Origin: an uncultured Bacillota bacterium
Lineage (GTDB): Bacteria > Bacillota_I > Bacilli_A > RF39 > UBA660
DNA length: 60,188 nucleotides
Reading direction: 5' to 3'
Assembly: GCA_946541645.1 (NCBI GenBank)
Contig: CAMNJS010000002.1
Span: 1-60,188, forward strand
Of the stretch, positions 9,237-18,410 are shown one piece after another; position 1 is the stretch's first letter; every line of letters begins with the position of its first letter. The notes under the pieces were generated by a model. It was not told the DNA's origin, did not search any database, and worked only from the letters and a program-made list of their open reading frames with translations. The translations under genes and the position numbers were made by a program.

Positions 9237-9953
9237 ATGAAAGTTTTATTAATTATTCCGGCATTCAATGAGGCCAATAATATTTTAAATGTTTATAATA
9301 GTATTACTTCTTTTAATGAAAAAAGTGATGTTAAATTCGATGTTATTGTTATAAATGATGGCTCGACAGATAATACTGAACAAATTTTGAATGAGAATGC
9401 TATTCCTCATGTTTCATTAATTAATAATTTAGGTATTGGTGGAGCTGTTCAAACGGGGTATAAATATGCGAAAATTCATAATTATGATTACGCGGTGCAG
9501 TTTGACGGTGATGGACAGCATGATGTTAATTATGTTTTAAAAATTTTAGAGCCTGCTTTTAGAAATGAAGCTGACATGATTATTGGCTCTAGATTTATAG
9601 ATAAAAAAAGTAGTTCATTTAAATCAAGCTTTGCTAGGCGAGTTGGAATTAAGATGATTTCATTTTTTATTAAAATTGTTACTGGAACTAAGGTATATGA
9701 TACGACTTCTGGATTTAGAGCCGTTAATAGAGAATTAATTGATTTGTTTGCAAATGAGTATCCATCAGAATACCCAGAACCTGTATCTACAACAAAAGTT
9801 TTGATTAATAAATTTAAAGTTTATGAGGTTGCAGTAAGTATGAATGAAAGAAAAGCCGGTGTTTCTAGTATTAGGGCGTGGAAAAATTTTTATTATATGT
9901 TTAATGTAATTATTTCAATTTTGATCACTGGTATGGAGGGTAGAAGAAGATGA
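9237..9953 (+). CDS. GT2 polyprenol-phosphate glycosyltransferase (GtrB/CsbB/GacI-like)
   Basis: LLIIPAFNEANNI, VIVINDGSTDNT, QFDGDGQHD and a C-terminal TM segment. The stop overlaps the next start (ATGA at 9950-9953). Confidence 0.8.
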   Translation: MKVLLIIPAFNEANNILNVYNSITSFNEKSDVKFDVIVINDGSTDNTEQILNENAIPHVSLINNLGIGGAVQTGYKYAKIHNYDYAVQFDGDGQHDVNYVLKILEPAFRNEADMIIGSRFIDKKSSSFKSSFARRVGIKMISFFIKIVTGTKVYDTTSGFRAVNRELIDLFANEYPSEYPEPVSTTKVLINKFKVYEVAVSMNERKAGVSSIRAWKNFYYMFNVIISILITGMEGRRR

Positions 9954-10297
9954 ATAATCATTTAATATTTTATTCTTTGTTATTTATATTTTTTATTTTT
10001 ATATTTATTTTTTATCTTATTAAAAGAGGTAAAATAAATATTAGATATTCGGTTATTTGGTTTTTATTATTTGGCTTATTGTTTATTTTTTTAATTATAC
10101 CTGGCTTTTTGAGTATTATTACTAAACTATTAGGATTTAGTATTGCTTCTAATATGATTTTTTCAATTTTGATTGCTGTATTAGTTATTATCAATATATA
10201 CTTTACGAGTGTTATATCTCTTCAAGATAAAAAGATTAGATCATTAGTACAAGAGGTTTCACTACTTAAAAAGGAAAGTAATGATTATGAAAAGTAA
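9950..10297 (+). CDS. DUF2304 small membrane protein (GacJ-like partner of the GT2)
   Basis: 115 aa with 3-4 TM segments. Motifs are KRGKINIRYSVIWF and a C-terminal amphipathic SLQDKKIRSLVQEVSLLKKE. It is translationally coupled to the GT2 upstream. Confidence 0.7.
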   Translation: MNNHLIFYSLLFIFFIFIFIFYLIKRGKINIRYSVIWFLLFGLLFIFLIIPGFLSIITKLLGFSIASNMIFSILIAVLVIINIYFTSVISLQDKKIRSLVQEVSLLKKESNDYEK

Positions 10298-12302
10298 TGA
10301 TAAAAAGAATTTTATTTGGAATTCTATTGGTTCTACGGTTAATTCTTTAACGTCTTTATTTTTTATGATTATTGTTACTAGACTTAATGGAATTGATAGT
10401 GCTGGGGTTTTTACATTTGCATTTTCATTTGCTATTTTCGCCCAGGTAATTGGGAACTATTTTGGCAGGAGCTATCAAGTTACAAATATTGATGATGATA
10501 TTAAAGATAGTGATTTTGTTTATAGTAGAATTTTCACATGTATTTTAATGGCCTTGTTTTCTTTTGCTTTTGTCTTTTTTAAAAATTATACTAATTATAA
10601 GGTTTTAATAATACTGTTGTTAGTTTTGTTTCGAATGATTGAATCTTATGGTGAGGTTTTGTATGGAATAGTACAAAAGGGAAACAATTTATATAAAGTT
10701 GGAATTTCGATGTTTTTTAAAGCACTTTTTTCGGTGTTGTTGTTTTTCTGCTTTGACTATTTTTGGAATAATTTATATCTTGCAATTTTGTCAATTTCTT
10801 TAGTAAATTTATTGATAATTATTTTCTATGATTATAAGAATGTAAAAAAACTTGGTTTTTCTTTTTATAGGTTTAATAAATCTTCTTTTAGGAAAATACT
10901 GTTTGATGGTTTTTTAATATTTTTGTTTACGTTTTTGACCCAATATGTACTAAATGCTTCAAAATATTCTATTGATGATCTTTTAACAGATAGTTTTCAA
11001 ACTATATACGGAATAATAGTTATGCCTGCTACTGTGATGGTTTTATGCGCTCAGTTTTTAGTACAACCATTTCTTACTAGATTTGCAAAATACTTAAAAG
11101 AAAAGAAATTTAGCAATTTTTCTCAGTTAGTTTTTAAACTGTGCTTATATGTCTTTATTTTTGGAATTTTGGCTACTGTTTTTTGCTATTTTTTTGGGAT
11201 TCCAATTTTGGAATTTATATATGGTTTGGAGTTACACGATTATATAAATTCTTTGCTTCTTATTATAGGTGCTTCTACTTTTTTTGGAATTTCATATGTT
11301 TTTTCGAATGTGTTAATTACTTTGAGAAAAAATTTTATTCAGGTTATTATTTATGGCTTCGTTGCACTAGTTGCTTTCTTCTTATCGAATCTGTTTGTTA
11401 GATCGTATGGCGTTTTTGGAGCTTGTTTATCTTATTTTATTTCAATGTTTATTTTGGCAATATTATATTTTGTAGTTTGTGTTTATTACTTAAAGCGTAT
11501 AGTCAAAAATTATGATTATAGTATTCATACTTTTGTAATACTTGCTTATAAGGAAAGCCCTTTTCTAGAAGAATGTATTAAATCTGTACTTAATCAAAGT
11601 GTTAAGAGTAATGCGATTATTGCAACAACTACTAGAAACGACTATATTGATGGTTTAGCAAACAAATATCATTTAGATATTGTTGAAGGTGTTCATACTT
11701 CTATTGGCGGTGATTTTGATTTTGCTATTTCTGCCGGTAAAACTAAGCTTGTTACTATTGCACACCAAGATGATTTATATGATTTTAATTATGCTGAGGA
11801 AGTCGTGAAGAATTACTATAATAATAGGAATTGTTTAATAATTTTTTCAGACTATTATGAAATTAGGAAAAACACATTTGTATATTCTAATAAAAACTTA
11901 TTTATTAAAAGATTTTTGCTTTTTAGTTTATTAATTAAAAAGACTTCTGGTATTAAGTTTTTGAAAAGAAATGTTTTAAGACTTGGATGTAGTATTTGCT
12001 GTCCTGCTGTTACATTTGTAACTGAAAATATTCCTAGTAGTGTTTTTGAGTGCAACATGAAATGTGATGTTGATTGGTTTGCGTGGGAAAAACTTTCGAA
12101 GTTGAATGGTAAATTTATTTATATTCCTAAAAATTTAGTAGGGCATAGGATAGATGAAACTACAACAACTACAGATATTATTAATCAAGGCATTAGAACT
12201 AAGGAAGATTTGATTATGCTTAAGAAGTTTTGGCCTGATTTTATCGCGCGAGCAATTAATAAGTTATATAAAAATAGTGAAAACAGTAATAAATTGGAGT
12301 GA
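10287..12302 (+). CDS. Fusion protein: MOP/Wzx-type polysaccharide flippase (N-terminal ~410 aa) + GT2 glycosyltransferase (C-terminal ~260 aa)
   Basis: The N-terminal part is a multi-TM polysaccharide-biosynthesis-protein-like region. From ~11515 comes HTFVILAYKESPFLEECIKSVLNQS ... TIAHQDDLY (GT2 fold with a DD motif). It is one uninterrupted frame. AGGAAAG at 10272-10278 favours ATG 10287 over 10281. Confidence 0.7.
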   Translation: MKSNDKKNFIWNSIGSTVNSLTSLFFMIIVTRLNGIDSAGVFTFAFSFAIFAQVIGNYFGRSYQVTNIDDDIKDSDFVYSRIFTCILMALFSFAFVFFKNYTNYKVLIILLLVLFRMIESYGEVLYGIVQKGNNLYKVGISMFFKALFSVLLFFCFDYFWNNLYLAILSISLVNLLIIIFYDYKNVKKLGFSFYRFNKSSFRKILFDGFLIFLFTFLTQYVLNASKYSIDDLLTDSFQTIYGIIVMPATVMVLCAQFLVQPFLTRFAKYLKEKKFSNFSQLVFKLCLYVFIFGILATVFCYFFGIPILEFIYGLELHDYINSLLLIIGASTFFGISYVFSNVLITLRKNFIQVIIYGFVALVAFFLSNLFVRSYGVFGACLSYFISMFILAILYFVVCVYYLKRIVKNYDYSIHTFVILAYKESPFLEECIKSVLNQSVKSNAIIATTTRNDYIDGLANKYHLDIVEGVHTSIGGDFDFAISAGKTKLVTIAHQDDLYDFNYAEEVVKNYYNNRNCLIIFSDYYEIRKNTFVYSNKNLFIKRFLLFSLLIKKTSGIKFLKRNVLRLGCSICCPAVTFVTENIPSSVFECNMKCDVDWFAWEKLSKLNGKFIYIPKNLVGHRIDETTTTTDIINQGIRTKEDLIMLKKFWPDFIARAINKLYKNSENSNKLE

Positions 12303-12308
12303 TATATT

Positions 12309-13301
12309 ATGAATATTGTATATACTTTAGATGACAATTTCGTTCCTCAAGTTGGCGCGGGTATAGTGTCGGTTTGTGAAAATAATAAATGGTCTTCATC
12401 TATACATTTTTATTTGATTTCTTCTGGTGTTTCTGAAAAAAATAAGCAGGAATTTTTAAAGCTTATTAAAAAATATAAAAGAGAAATTGATATTATTGAA
12501 TTAGGAGATTTAAATAGTTATTTTGATTTTGATTTTGATACTAATGGCTGGAATCCAATTGTGCTTGCACGTCTTCTTTTGGATAAAATTTTGCCTGCTA
12601 AAGTTGACCGGATTATTTATTTAGATGGAGATACAATAGTTAGAGATAGTATAGAAAATCTTTGGAATATAAATTTAAACGGAAAAACTATTGGCATGAG
12701 TATTGAGCCTACTATTGATAAAAGTCGGATAGAGATTCTTAAATTAGGGTTGCATCCTTATTGTAACGCGGGAGTTTTGCTTATAGATTTAGATAGGTTT
12801 AGAAAAATTAGTGCTGGTGAAAAAATCATTAACTATTATCGAAAATATGATGGTAAGTTATTTGCAAATGATCAGGACGCTATTAATGGTTCGATGAAAA
12901 ATGAAATTTTTATTATTTCGCCAAAATATAATTTTTATAATATTTTTTATCAATATCCATATTGGTTTTTGAAAAAAATTATGAAACCAAAGAAATATAT
13001 TGATAGGGACGTATTTTTGGATGCAAAAAGGTGTCCTGCTATAATTCATTATCTGGGTGAAGAAAGGCCTTGGAGAGGTGGAAATACGCATAAATATCGT
13101 GATGATTATAGGAAATATTTGTTTATGACTGTTTGGCGCAATACGCCTGATGAAACGGGATGGCATTTATATTTTGTGTGCTGGAGAATTTTTAATTTTT
13201 TTACTAAACCTTTTCCATTTGTGAGATATAAGATAATTAATTCTCTTATTCCAGCATTTATGAAATTTAGAAAATCAAAATTAAACAAAAAAAAATTATA
13301 G
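12309..13301 (+). CDS. Family-8 glycosyltransferase (LPS 1,3-glycosyltransferase-like)
   Basis: NIVYTLDDNFVPQ, YLDGDTIV, NAGVLLIDL, DQDAIN and HYLGEERPW are classic GT8 motifs. Confidence 0.85.
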   Translation: MNIVYTLDDNFVPQVGAGIVSVCENNKWSSSIHFYLISSGVSEKNKQEFLKLIKKYKREIDIIELGDLNSYFDFDFDTNGWNPIVLARLLLDKILPAKVDRIIYLDGDTIVRDSIENLWNINLNGKTIGMSIEPTIDKSRIEILKLGLHPYCNAGVLLIDLDRFRKISAGEKIINYYRKYDGKLFANDQDAINGSMKNEIFIISPKYNFYNIFYQYPYWFLKKIMKPKKYIDRDVFLDAKRCPAIIHYLGEERPWRGGNTHKYRDDYRKYLFMTVWRNTPDETGWHLYFVCWRIFNFFTKPFPFVRYKIINSLIPAFMKFRKSKLNKKKL

Positions 13302-13332
13302 ATTGTTTATTTATGTTAAGAAGGTGCTTGGT

Positions 13333-14472
13333 ATGAAACATGTATTTATTGTTGGAGCTAGAGGTTATCATTATAATTATGGTGGCTGGGAAACTTTTGT
13401 AAGCAATTTAGTAGATCATTATGATGATAAGAATACTAAATTTTATATAAGTATGTATACCGATGATGAGTCTTTAAAAGAATATTCAGTAAGTGATAAT
13501 ATCACAGTCACGCCAATTTATGTAAAAAATAGAGGTAGTATAAAGATGTTTATATATTCTTTAAAGGCTTATAAGTATTATTTGAAATTTATAGGTGATA
13601 ATAGACTTAAAAATTCTTATATTTATGTGTTGGGTTTAAAATTATTTAATTATTTATGGTTAAAAGAAAAAGTAGCAAAAAAACTTGGAACAAAAGTTTT
13701 TGTAAATCCAGATGGTTTGGAATGGATGAGGAGTAAATGGAGTTATCCTATTAAAAAATTCTTTTTGCTTAGTGAAAGATTGATGCTTAAACACTGCGAT
13801 AAAATAATATGTGATGGGCTTGGCATTCAAGAGTATGTTAATAATAAATATCCTAAGTTAAAAGATAAGACCGTTTATATTGCATATGGTTATGAAGACA
13901 TTGACTTATCTAAAGTTAATGAAAAAATTATTTTGGATGAATATGGATTATCTACTAATGATTATTGTTTAATGGTCGGTAGGTGCGTTCCAGAAAATAA
14001 TTATGAGCTTGTAATAAAAGACTTTATGAATAGTAATTTATCTAAGAAATTAGTTATTGTTACCAATTTGTCTAGTAGTTCTTATTATGATGAAATTCGT
14101 AAGAACACTTTATGTGATAATGATGATAGGATAATTTTTATTGATGGAGTTTATGATAAAGAAGAGCTAGCAGTTATTCGAAAGAATGCGTATTTATATA
14201 TTCATGGGCATTCTGTCGGCGGGACCAATCCTAGTTTGATAGAGGCTTTATCTTTAACAGATTTGAATATTCTTTATGATGTTTGTTTTAATAAAGATAT
14301 TGGGCTTGACACTTGTTTGTATTTTAAGGATAGCGGTTCTTTAACAAAACTTTTAAATGATGAAGAATTTTTAAATAAGCAGAAGAAGCTTGGCATTTTT
14401 GCTAAAAAGCGAGTTCGTGATAATTTTACTTGGAGTATAATTATAGATAAGTATAAAAAAATATTTAAGTAG
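13333..14472 (+). CDS. GT4 glycosyltransferase with DUF1972 N-terminus (RgpA/WchF-type, possible rhamnosyltransferase)
   Basis: VGARGYHYNYGGWETFVSNL matches the DUF1972 signature. The C-terminal HGHSVGGTNPSLIEAL is GT4-like. AAGGTG at 13321-13326 favours ATG 13333. Confidence 0.75.
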   Translation: MKHVFIVGARGYHYNYGGWETFVSNLVDHYDDKNTKFYISMYTDDESLKEYSVSDNITVTPIYVKNRGSIKMFIYSLKAYKYYLKFIGDNRLKNSYIYVLGLKLFNYLWLKEKVAKKLGTKVFVNPDGLEWMRSKWSYPIKKFFLLSERLMLKHCDKIICDGLGIQEYVNNKYPKLKDKTVYIAYGYEDIDLSKVNEKIILDEYGLSTNDYCLMVGRCVPENNYELVIKDFMNSNLSKKLVIVTNLSSSSYYDEIRKNTLCDNDDRIIFIDGVYDKEELAVIRKNAYLYIHGHSVGGTNPSLIEALSLTDLNILYDVCFNKDIGLDTCLYFKDSGSLTKLLNDEEFLNKQKKLGIFAKKRVRDNFTWSIIIDKYKKIFK

Positions 14473-16311
14473 GTGGTTACTGTGAATAATAAAAAAGAAG
14501 GATTTTTGTATAGAAAGGTTTTTTCTAAATTTGGAAAATTTTTCTATTTAGTTAAAAAAAGTGTATATTTTGCTTGGTATCGGCATCATTTTTTGATTCC
14601 GCCTAGAGTACTTTTAAAATATATTAAGTCTTTTTTTGCTGTTTTAAAACGTGGAAATAATGCTTCTAATTTATTTGTTAACCAAAAGGCTTATTTAAAT
14701 TGGTTTTTTGAAAATAATAAGGATATAAATCATGAACAATTTAAGTATAATCCTTTGATAAGCTTTATTGTTCCCACTTATAATGTTTCTAGGAAATATT
14801 TAAGTGAATGTTTAGACAGTCTTCTTAATCAAACATATTCAAATTTTGAAATATGTATTGCTGACGATAATTCAACATTAGCCGAAACTATAGAAACTTT
14901 AAAGGAATATGAGAAGAAAGATTCTAGAATAAAGGTAGTTTATAGGCAAGAAAATGGAATGATTTCTAAGGCGAGTAACACTGCTATGGGCATTGCTAAA
15001 GGTGAATTTATTGTATTAGTTGATAATGATGATGCTATTGAAAAAGAGGCGTTATATTATATTGTTGATGTTTTAAATAAAGATAATTCTATTGATATGA
15101 TTTATACAGATGAAGATAAAATAGATTTTAAGGGAAGATATATGGAACCTCATTTCAAAGCAGATTTTTCTCCTGAAACACTGATGAGCGTTAATTATAT
15201 TTGCCATTTATGCTGTTTAAGAAAGAGCATTGTAGATGAAATAGGCGGCTTTAGAAGTCAATATGATGGTTCACAGGATTATGATTTGTTTTTAAGATTT
15301 ACGGAAAAGACGGATAGGATTTATCATATTGATAAAGTTTTATACCACTGGAGACAAACCGCTACTAGTACAGCTGGTTATTTAGGCAATAAAAGCTATG
15401 CATATGTTGCTGGCAAAAAGGCTTTAGAGGATGCTTTAAAAAGACGTAATTTAAAGGGAAAAGTTTTAGAAAATCCTAGGGTTAGTACTTATTTGGTAAA
15501 ATATGAAAATGATAATGAACTTGTTAGTATAATTATTCCGATGAAAGATAAAGCTAACGTTACTAAAAGATGCATTGATAGTTTATATGATAAGTGTACA
15601 TATAAAAATTTTGAAATTATATTAGTAGATAATAATAGTATAGAAAAAGAAACCTTTGATATGATCAATTATTATAAAAACAAGTATGATAATTTTAAAA
15701 GCATAAGGTTAGAGTGTGAATTTAATTATGCTTATATTAATAATGAGGCTGTTAAAGAAGCTTCTGGAAAGTATCTTTTATTTTTAAATAATGATACTGA
15801 AGTTATAACGCCTGATTTTATTGAATGGATGCTTGGATATGCTAGAATTGATCATATCGGGTGCGTCGGCATTAAATTATTATTTCCTGATAAGCTAGTT
15901 CAGCATGCTGGCGTTGTTTTAGGATATGGCGGTGTTGCTGGACATATTTATGTTGCTTCTTCTTATAACGATAATGGTTTATTTGGTAGGCTTGTTATGC
16001 CATATAATTATACGGCAGTAACTGCTGCATGTATGATGGTTAAAAAGGAAAAATTTGATATGGTTTCTGGTTTTGATGAAAATTTAAAGGTTGCTTTGAA
16101 TGACGTTGATTTAAATTTGAAAATGCTTAAAGAAGAATTTTATAATGTTTGTTTGTCTAATGTTGAAATGTTTCATTATGAAAGCAAGAGTAGGGGATAT
16201 GAAGCTAGTCATGAAAAGCATAATAGATTTTTAGCTGAACAGGAATATATGAAAAAAAAGTGGGGCAAACTATTAGAAAAAGATAAATATTTTAGTGAAA
16301 ACAATTTATAG
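14473..16311 (+). CDS. Dual-domain family-2 glycosyltransferase (both domains apparently intact)
   Basis: Paralog of 3180-4907, with WYRHHFLIPP, ISFIVPTYNVSRKYLSECLDSLLNQTY, LVDNDD and TDEDK. The second domain has VSIIIPMKD, ILVDNNS and FLNNDTEV. The GTG start is uncertain (14473 or 14482). Confidence 0.8.
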   Translation: MVTVNNKKEGFLYRKVFSKFGKFFYLVKKSVYFAWYRHHFLIPPRVLLKYIKSFFAVLKRGNNASNLFVNQKAYLNWFFENNKDINHEQFKYNPLISFIVPTYNVSRKYLSECLDSLLNQTYSNFEICIADDNSTLAETIETLKEYEKKDSRIKVVYRQENGMISKASNTAMGIAKGEFIVLVDNDDAIEKEALYYIVDVLNKDNSIDMIYTDEDKIDFKGRYMEPHFKADFSPETLMSVNYICHLCCLRKSIVDEIGGFRSQYDGSQDYDLFLRFTEKTDRIYHIDKVLYHWRQTATSTAGYLGNKSYAYVAGKKALEDALKRRNLKGKVLENPRVSTYLVKYENDNELVSIIIPMKDKANVTKRCIDSLYDKCTYKNFEIILVDNNSIEKETFDMINYYKNKYDNFKSIRLECEFNYAYINNEAVKEASGKYLLFLNNDTEVITPDFIEWMLGYARIDHIGCVGIKLLFPDKLVQHAGVVLGYGGVAGHIYVASSYNDNGLFGRLVMPYNYTAVTAACMMVKKEKFDMVSGFDENLKVALNDVDLNLKMLKEEFYNVCLSNVEMFHYESKSRGYEASHEKHNRFLAEQEYMKKKWGKLLEKDKYFSENNL

Positions 16312-16384
16312 TTTTGCTTTTTTCTTTTTTTGTGATATTATTATATTTAGTTTATAAAATGAAGTTAGTTACATGAGGTTGGTT

Positions 16385-17116
16385 ATGAAAAAAAGAATTA
16401 TAAAATTTTGCTTTTACATTTTTATTTTTGTATTTATTTTTGTTTGCTATAGATCATTATCCATGGGAAAAGTTGATAATAAAAAGCATTTTGAACAAAT
16501 TAAAACTTATGATGGTCTTTTTAATAGTACTCATGAGCTTAAAAATGTTACTTTTAATAAGGTAATTGTAGTCGGCGATTCGAGGATGGAATTTCTTAAT
16601 AATCGCGGTAGTGAAATTAATATTCCAGTGAATTTTAATTTTATTGCTTTGAGCGGTACTAGAATTGATTGGCTTACAAATACGGCAATTAATGTTTTAT
16701 CAGATAAGCTTGATAAAATGGATAGCAATTATAAATATCATGTTATTTTTAATATGGGCGTGAATGATTTAGAATTTTCTGATGATGCGAAATATTATGC
16801 GACTGAGTATTATAATATTTACTATAATTTAGCCAGCAAATATAAAGAAATTAACTTTTATTTGTTATCTGTAAATCCAATTAATGAGGAAAAAATTTAT
16901 CAATGTTTTAAGCAGAGCGGTAGAACAAATCAGGAAATAATTGATTTTAATAATACTACTATTAATCTTCTTAATGGCAGTGACTTAGATAATATGCATT
17001 ATTGTGATTCTTATCATAATATTGACTTTGGTATGCCAGATGGTCTTCATTACGATAAAGATACTGATCAAAGAATTGTTAATTTTATTGCTAATAAATG
17101 TATTGTTTATGAATAA
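16385..17116 (+). CDS. Membrane-anchored SGNH/GDSL-like hydrolase (possible O-acetyl transfer/esterase partner)
   Basis: N-terminal TM segment, then VIVVGDSRM (block I), NMGVNDL (block III) and PDGLHY (block V). Confidence 0.6.
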   Translation: MKKRIIKFCFYIFIFVFIFVCYRSLSMGKVDNKKHFEQIKTYDGLFNSTHELKNVTFNKVIVVGDSRMEFLNNRGSEINIPVNFNFIALSGTRIDWLTNTAINVLSDKLDKMDSNYKYHVIFNMGVNDLEFSDDAKYYATEYYNIYYNLASKYKEINFYLLSVNPINEEKIYQCFKQSGRTNQEIIDFNNTTINLLNGSDLDNMHYCDSYHNIDFGMPDGLHYDKDTDQRIVNFIANKCIVYE

Positions 17117-17136
17117 AAGAGGGAAATCCCTCTTTT
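17115..17136. terminator. Bidirectional terminator between the SGNH gene and spoIVB
   Basis: aaaagaggg-aaat-ccctctttt with A/T flanks on both sides. It overlaps both stop codons. Confidence 0.75.
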
Positions 17137-18127
17137 AATTTTCACCTTCTTCTAACATATTAGTAATAAATATTCCATAACCTTTATTGGTATCGTTTAC
17201 GACAACGTGCGTTACTGCACCTAATATATAATTATCTCTTATTATAGGTGAACCGCTCATTCCCTGAATAATACCGCCTGTTTCATTAATTAGACTTTTA
17301 TCTGTTATTTGAAAAATGAAGTTTTTGTTTTTTTGCTTAAGATCTAATATTTGAATTATTTCGATGTCATACTCTTTTATTTCGTTATTATTTAGGACAG
17401 TTAGTATTTTTGCAGGGCCTTGGGTTATTTCTTCAGGCTTTGCAACTATGTATTCTTTTTTATTTGGAATGTTTTCGGTATATTTTCCAAATATTCCTTG
17501 AGTGGTATTTTCTTCTGCTATTCCTTTTACTTTATCTTCATCATATTTTACTTGTTTTTCTCCTGGATTGCCATTGCTGCTGGGTATTATTCCGGTAACA
17601 TTTGATTCAAATATTTTTCCGTCTTTTATTTCAAATATTTTTTCGGTTGATTGGTCTTGTATCTCGTGTCCTAGAGCACCAAATGTTTTTGATTCTGGAT
17701 CTATATAGGTTAAAGTGCCGATTCCCGTGATACTGTCTTTTACGAACAACCCAGTTTTGTATATATTGCTTTCATCTTTATATAATTTTAGTTTTGTGTT
17801 TTTGCTGCGCTTATTTCTTTCATATTCGATATTTATTTCTTCATTTTTTGCTTCATTTATTTGGGCGGCCATTTCTTCGATGTTTGATACTTCATTATTA
17901 TTAATTTTAGTTATAATGTCACCAGTTTTAAGGCCGGCATCTTTTGCTGGATAATTGTTTTCAATTTTGTAAGTTCCAACAATGAGGATTCCTTTCGAAT
18001 TTAATTTTATTCCGATATTTTCGCCACCAGCTATTATTTTGTTTGAATATGCTAAGGTATTTTGTGGAATAATAAAATATGATAGAAGAAGTAGGTAGAC
18101 TAGTTTTTTAATTTTTTTAAAAAACAA
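17135..18127 (-). CDS. spoIVB: SpoIVB peptidase (S55 sporulation signalling protease)
   Basis: Signal/TM segment, a PDZ-like region (GLKTGDIITKINNNEV), GTLTYIDPESKTFGALGH and GMSGSPI catalytic motifs. Confidence 0.85.
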   Translation of the reverse strand: MFFKKIKKLVYLLLLSYFIIPQNTLAYSNKIIAGGENIGIKLNSKGILIVGTYKIENNYPAKDAGLKTGDIITKINNNEVSNIEEMAAQINEAKNEEINIEYERNKRSKNTKLKLYKDESNIYKTGLFVKDSITGIGTLTYIDPESKTFGALGHEIQDQSTEKIFEIKDGKIFESNVTGIIPSSNGNPGEKQVKYDEDKVKGIAEENTTQGIFGKYTENIPNKKEYIVAKPEEITQGPAKILTVLNNNEIKEYDIEIIQILDLKQKNKNFIFQITDKSLINETGGIIQGMSGSPIIRDNYILGAVTHVVVNDTNKGYGIFITNMLEEGEN

Positions 18128-18206
18128 AATATCATCTCCTATTTTAAAAATCAGACTACATTATTATCATGGCTTTATAGTGTTAGTTTAGAAGTAGGAA
18201 TTAATG

Positions 18207-18234
18207 CCAAAAATAAAAACACTTACTAGTGTTT
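18207..18234 (-). terminator. Terminator after the 29-aa ORF
   Basis: Minus strand: aaacac-tagtaa-gtgttt followed by ttatttttt. Confidence 0.5.
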
Positions 18235-18322
18235 AAATATATACAAATAGTCCAGCAATAAAGAAAGCAATAATACCTATAAGCATGATCCAAATGGCTA
18301 TTTTTTGTACTATGGGATTCAT
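18233..18322 (-). CDS. 29-aa hydrophobic small protein (MNPIVQKIAIWIMLIGIIAFFIAGLFVYI)
   Basis: On the minus strand, AGAGGTGA lies 6 nt upstream of the ATG at 18322. There is one TM segment. The stop is embedded in a hairpin followed by a T-tract. The longer 65-aa ORF in the track has no RBS. Confidence 0.45.
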   Translation of the reverse strand: MNPIVQKIAIWIMLIGIIAFFIAGLFVYI

Positions 18323-18366
18323 TTTATTCACCTCTATATAATTATAATATATTTTTAATTTTTTTG

Positions 18367-18394
18367 GAATATAAATGTTTAAAAAACATATAAT
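18367..18394 (+). promoter_or_regulatory. Candidate sigma-E-type promoter of spoIIM (GAATATA - 13 nt - CATATAAT)
   Basis: Resembles the mother-cell sigma-E consensus (xxATAxx / CATACAxT). spoIIM is sigma-E dependent in Bacillus. Confidence 0.3.
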
Positions 18395-18410
18395 TTGATG
18401 AGGGATAAAT

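Noticed and set aside
11141-11401. 86-aa same-strand ORF nested in another frame of the Wzx-GT2 gene. Other nested or antisense ORFs in the polysaccharide locus are 453-737, 3038-3362, 5364-5573, 10012-10194, 11855-12058, 12858-13288 and 16531-16728.
   Set aside because: They have no RBS and composition-driven sequences, and they are fully overlapped by genes with clear family motifs.
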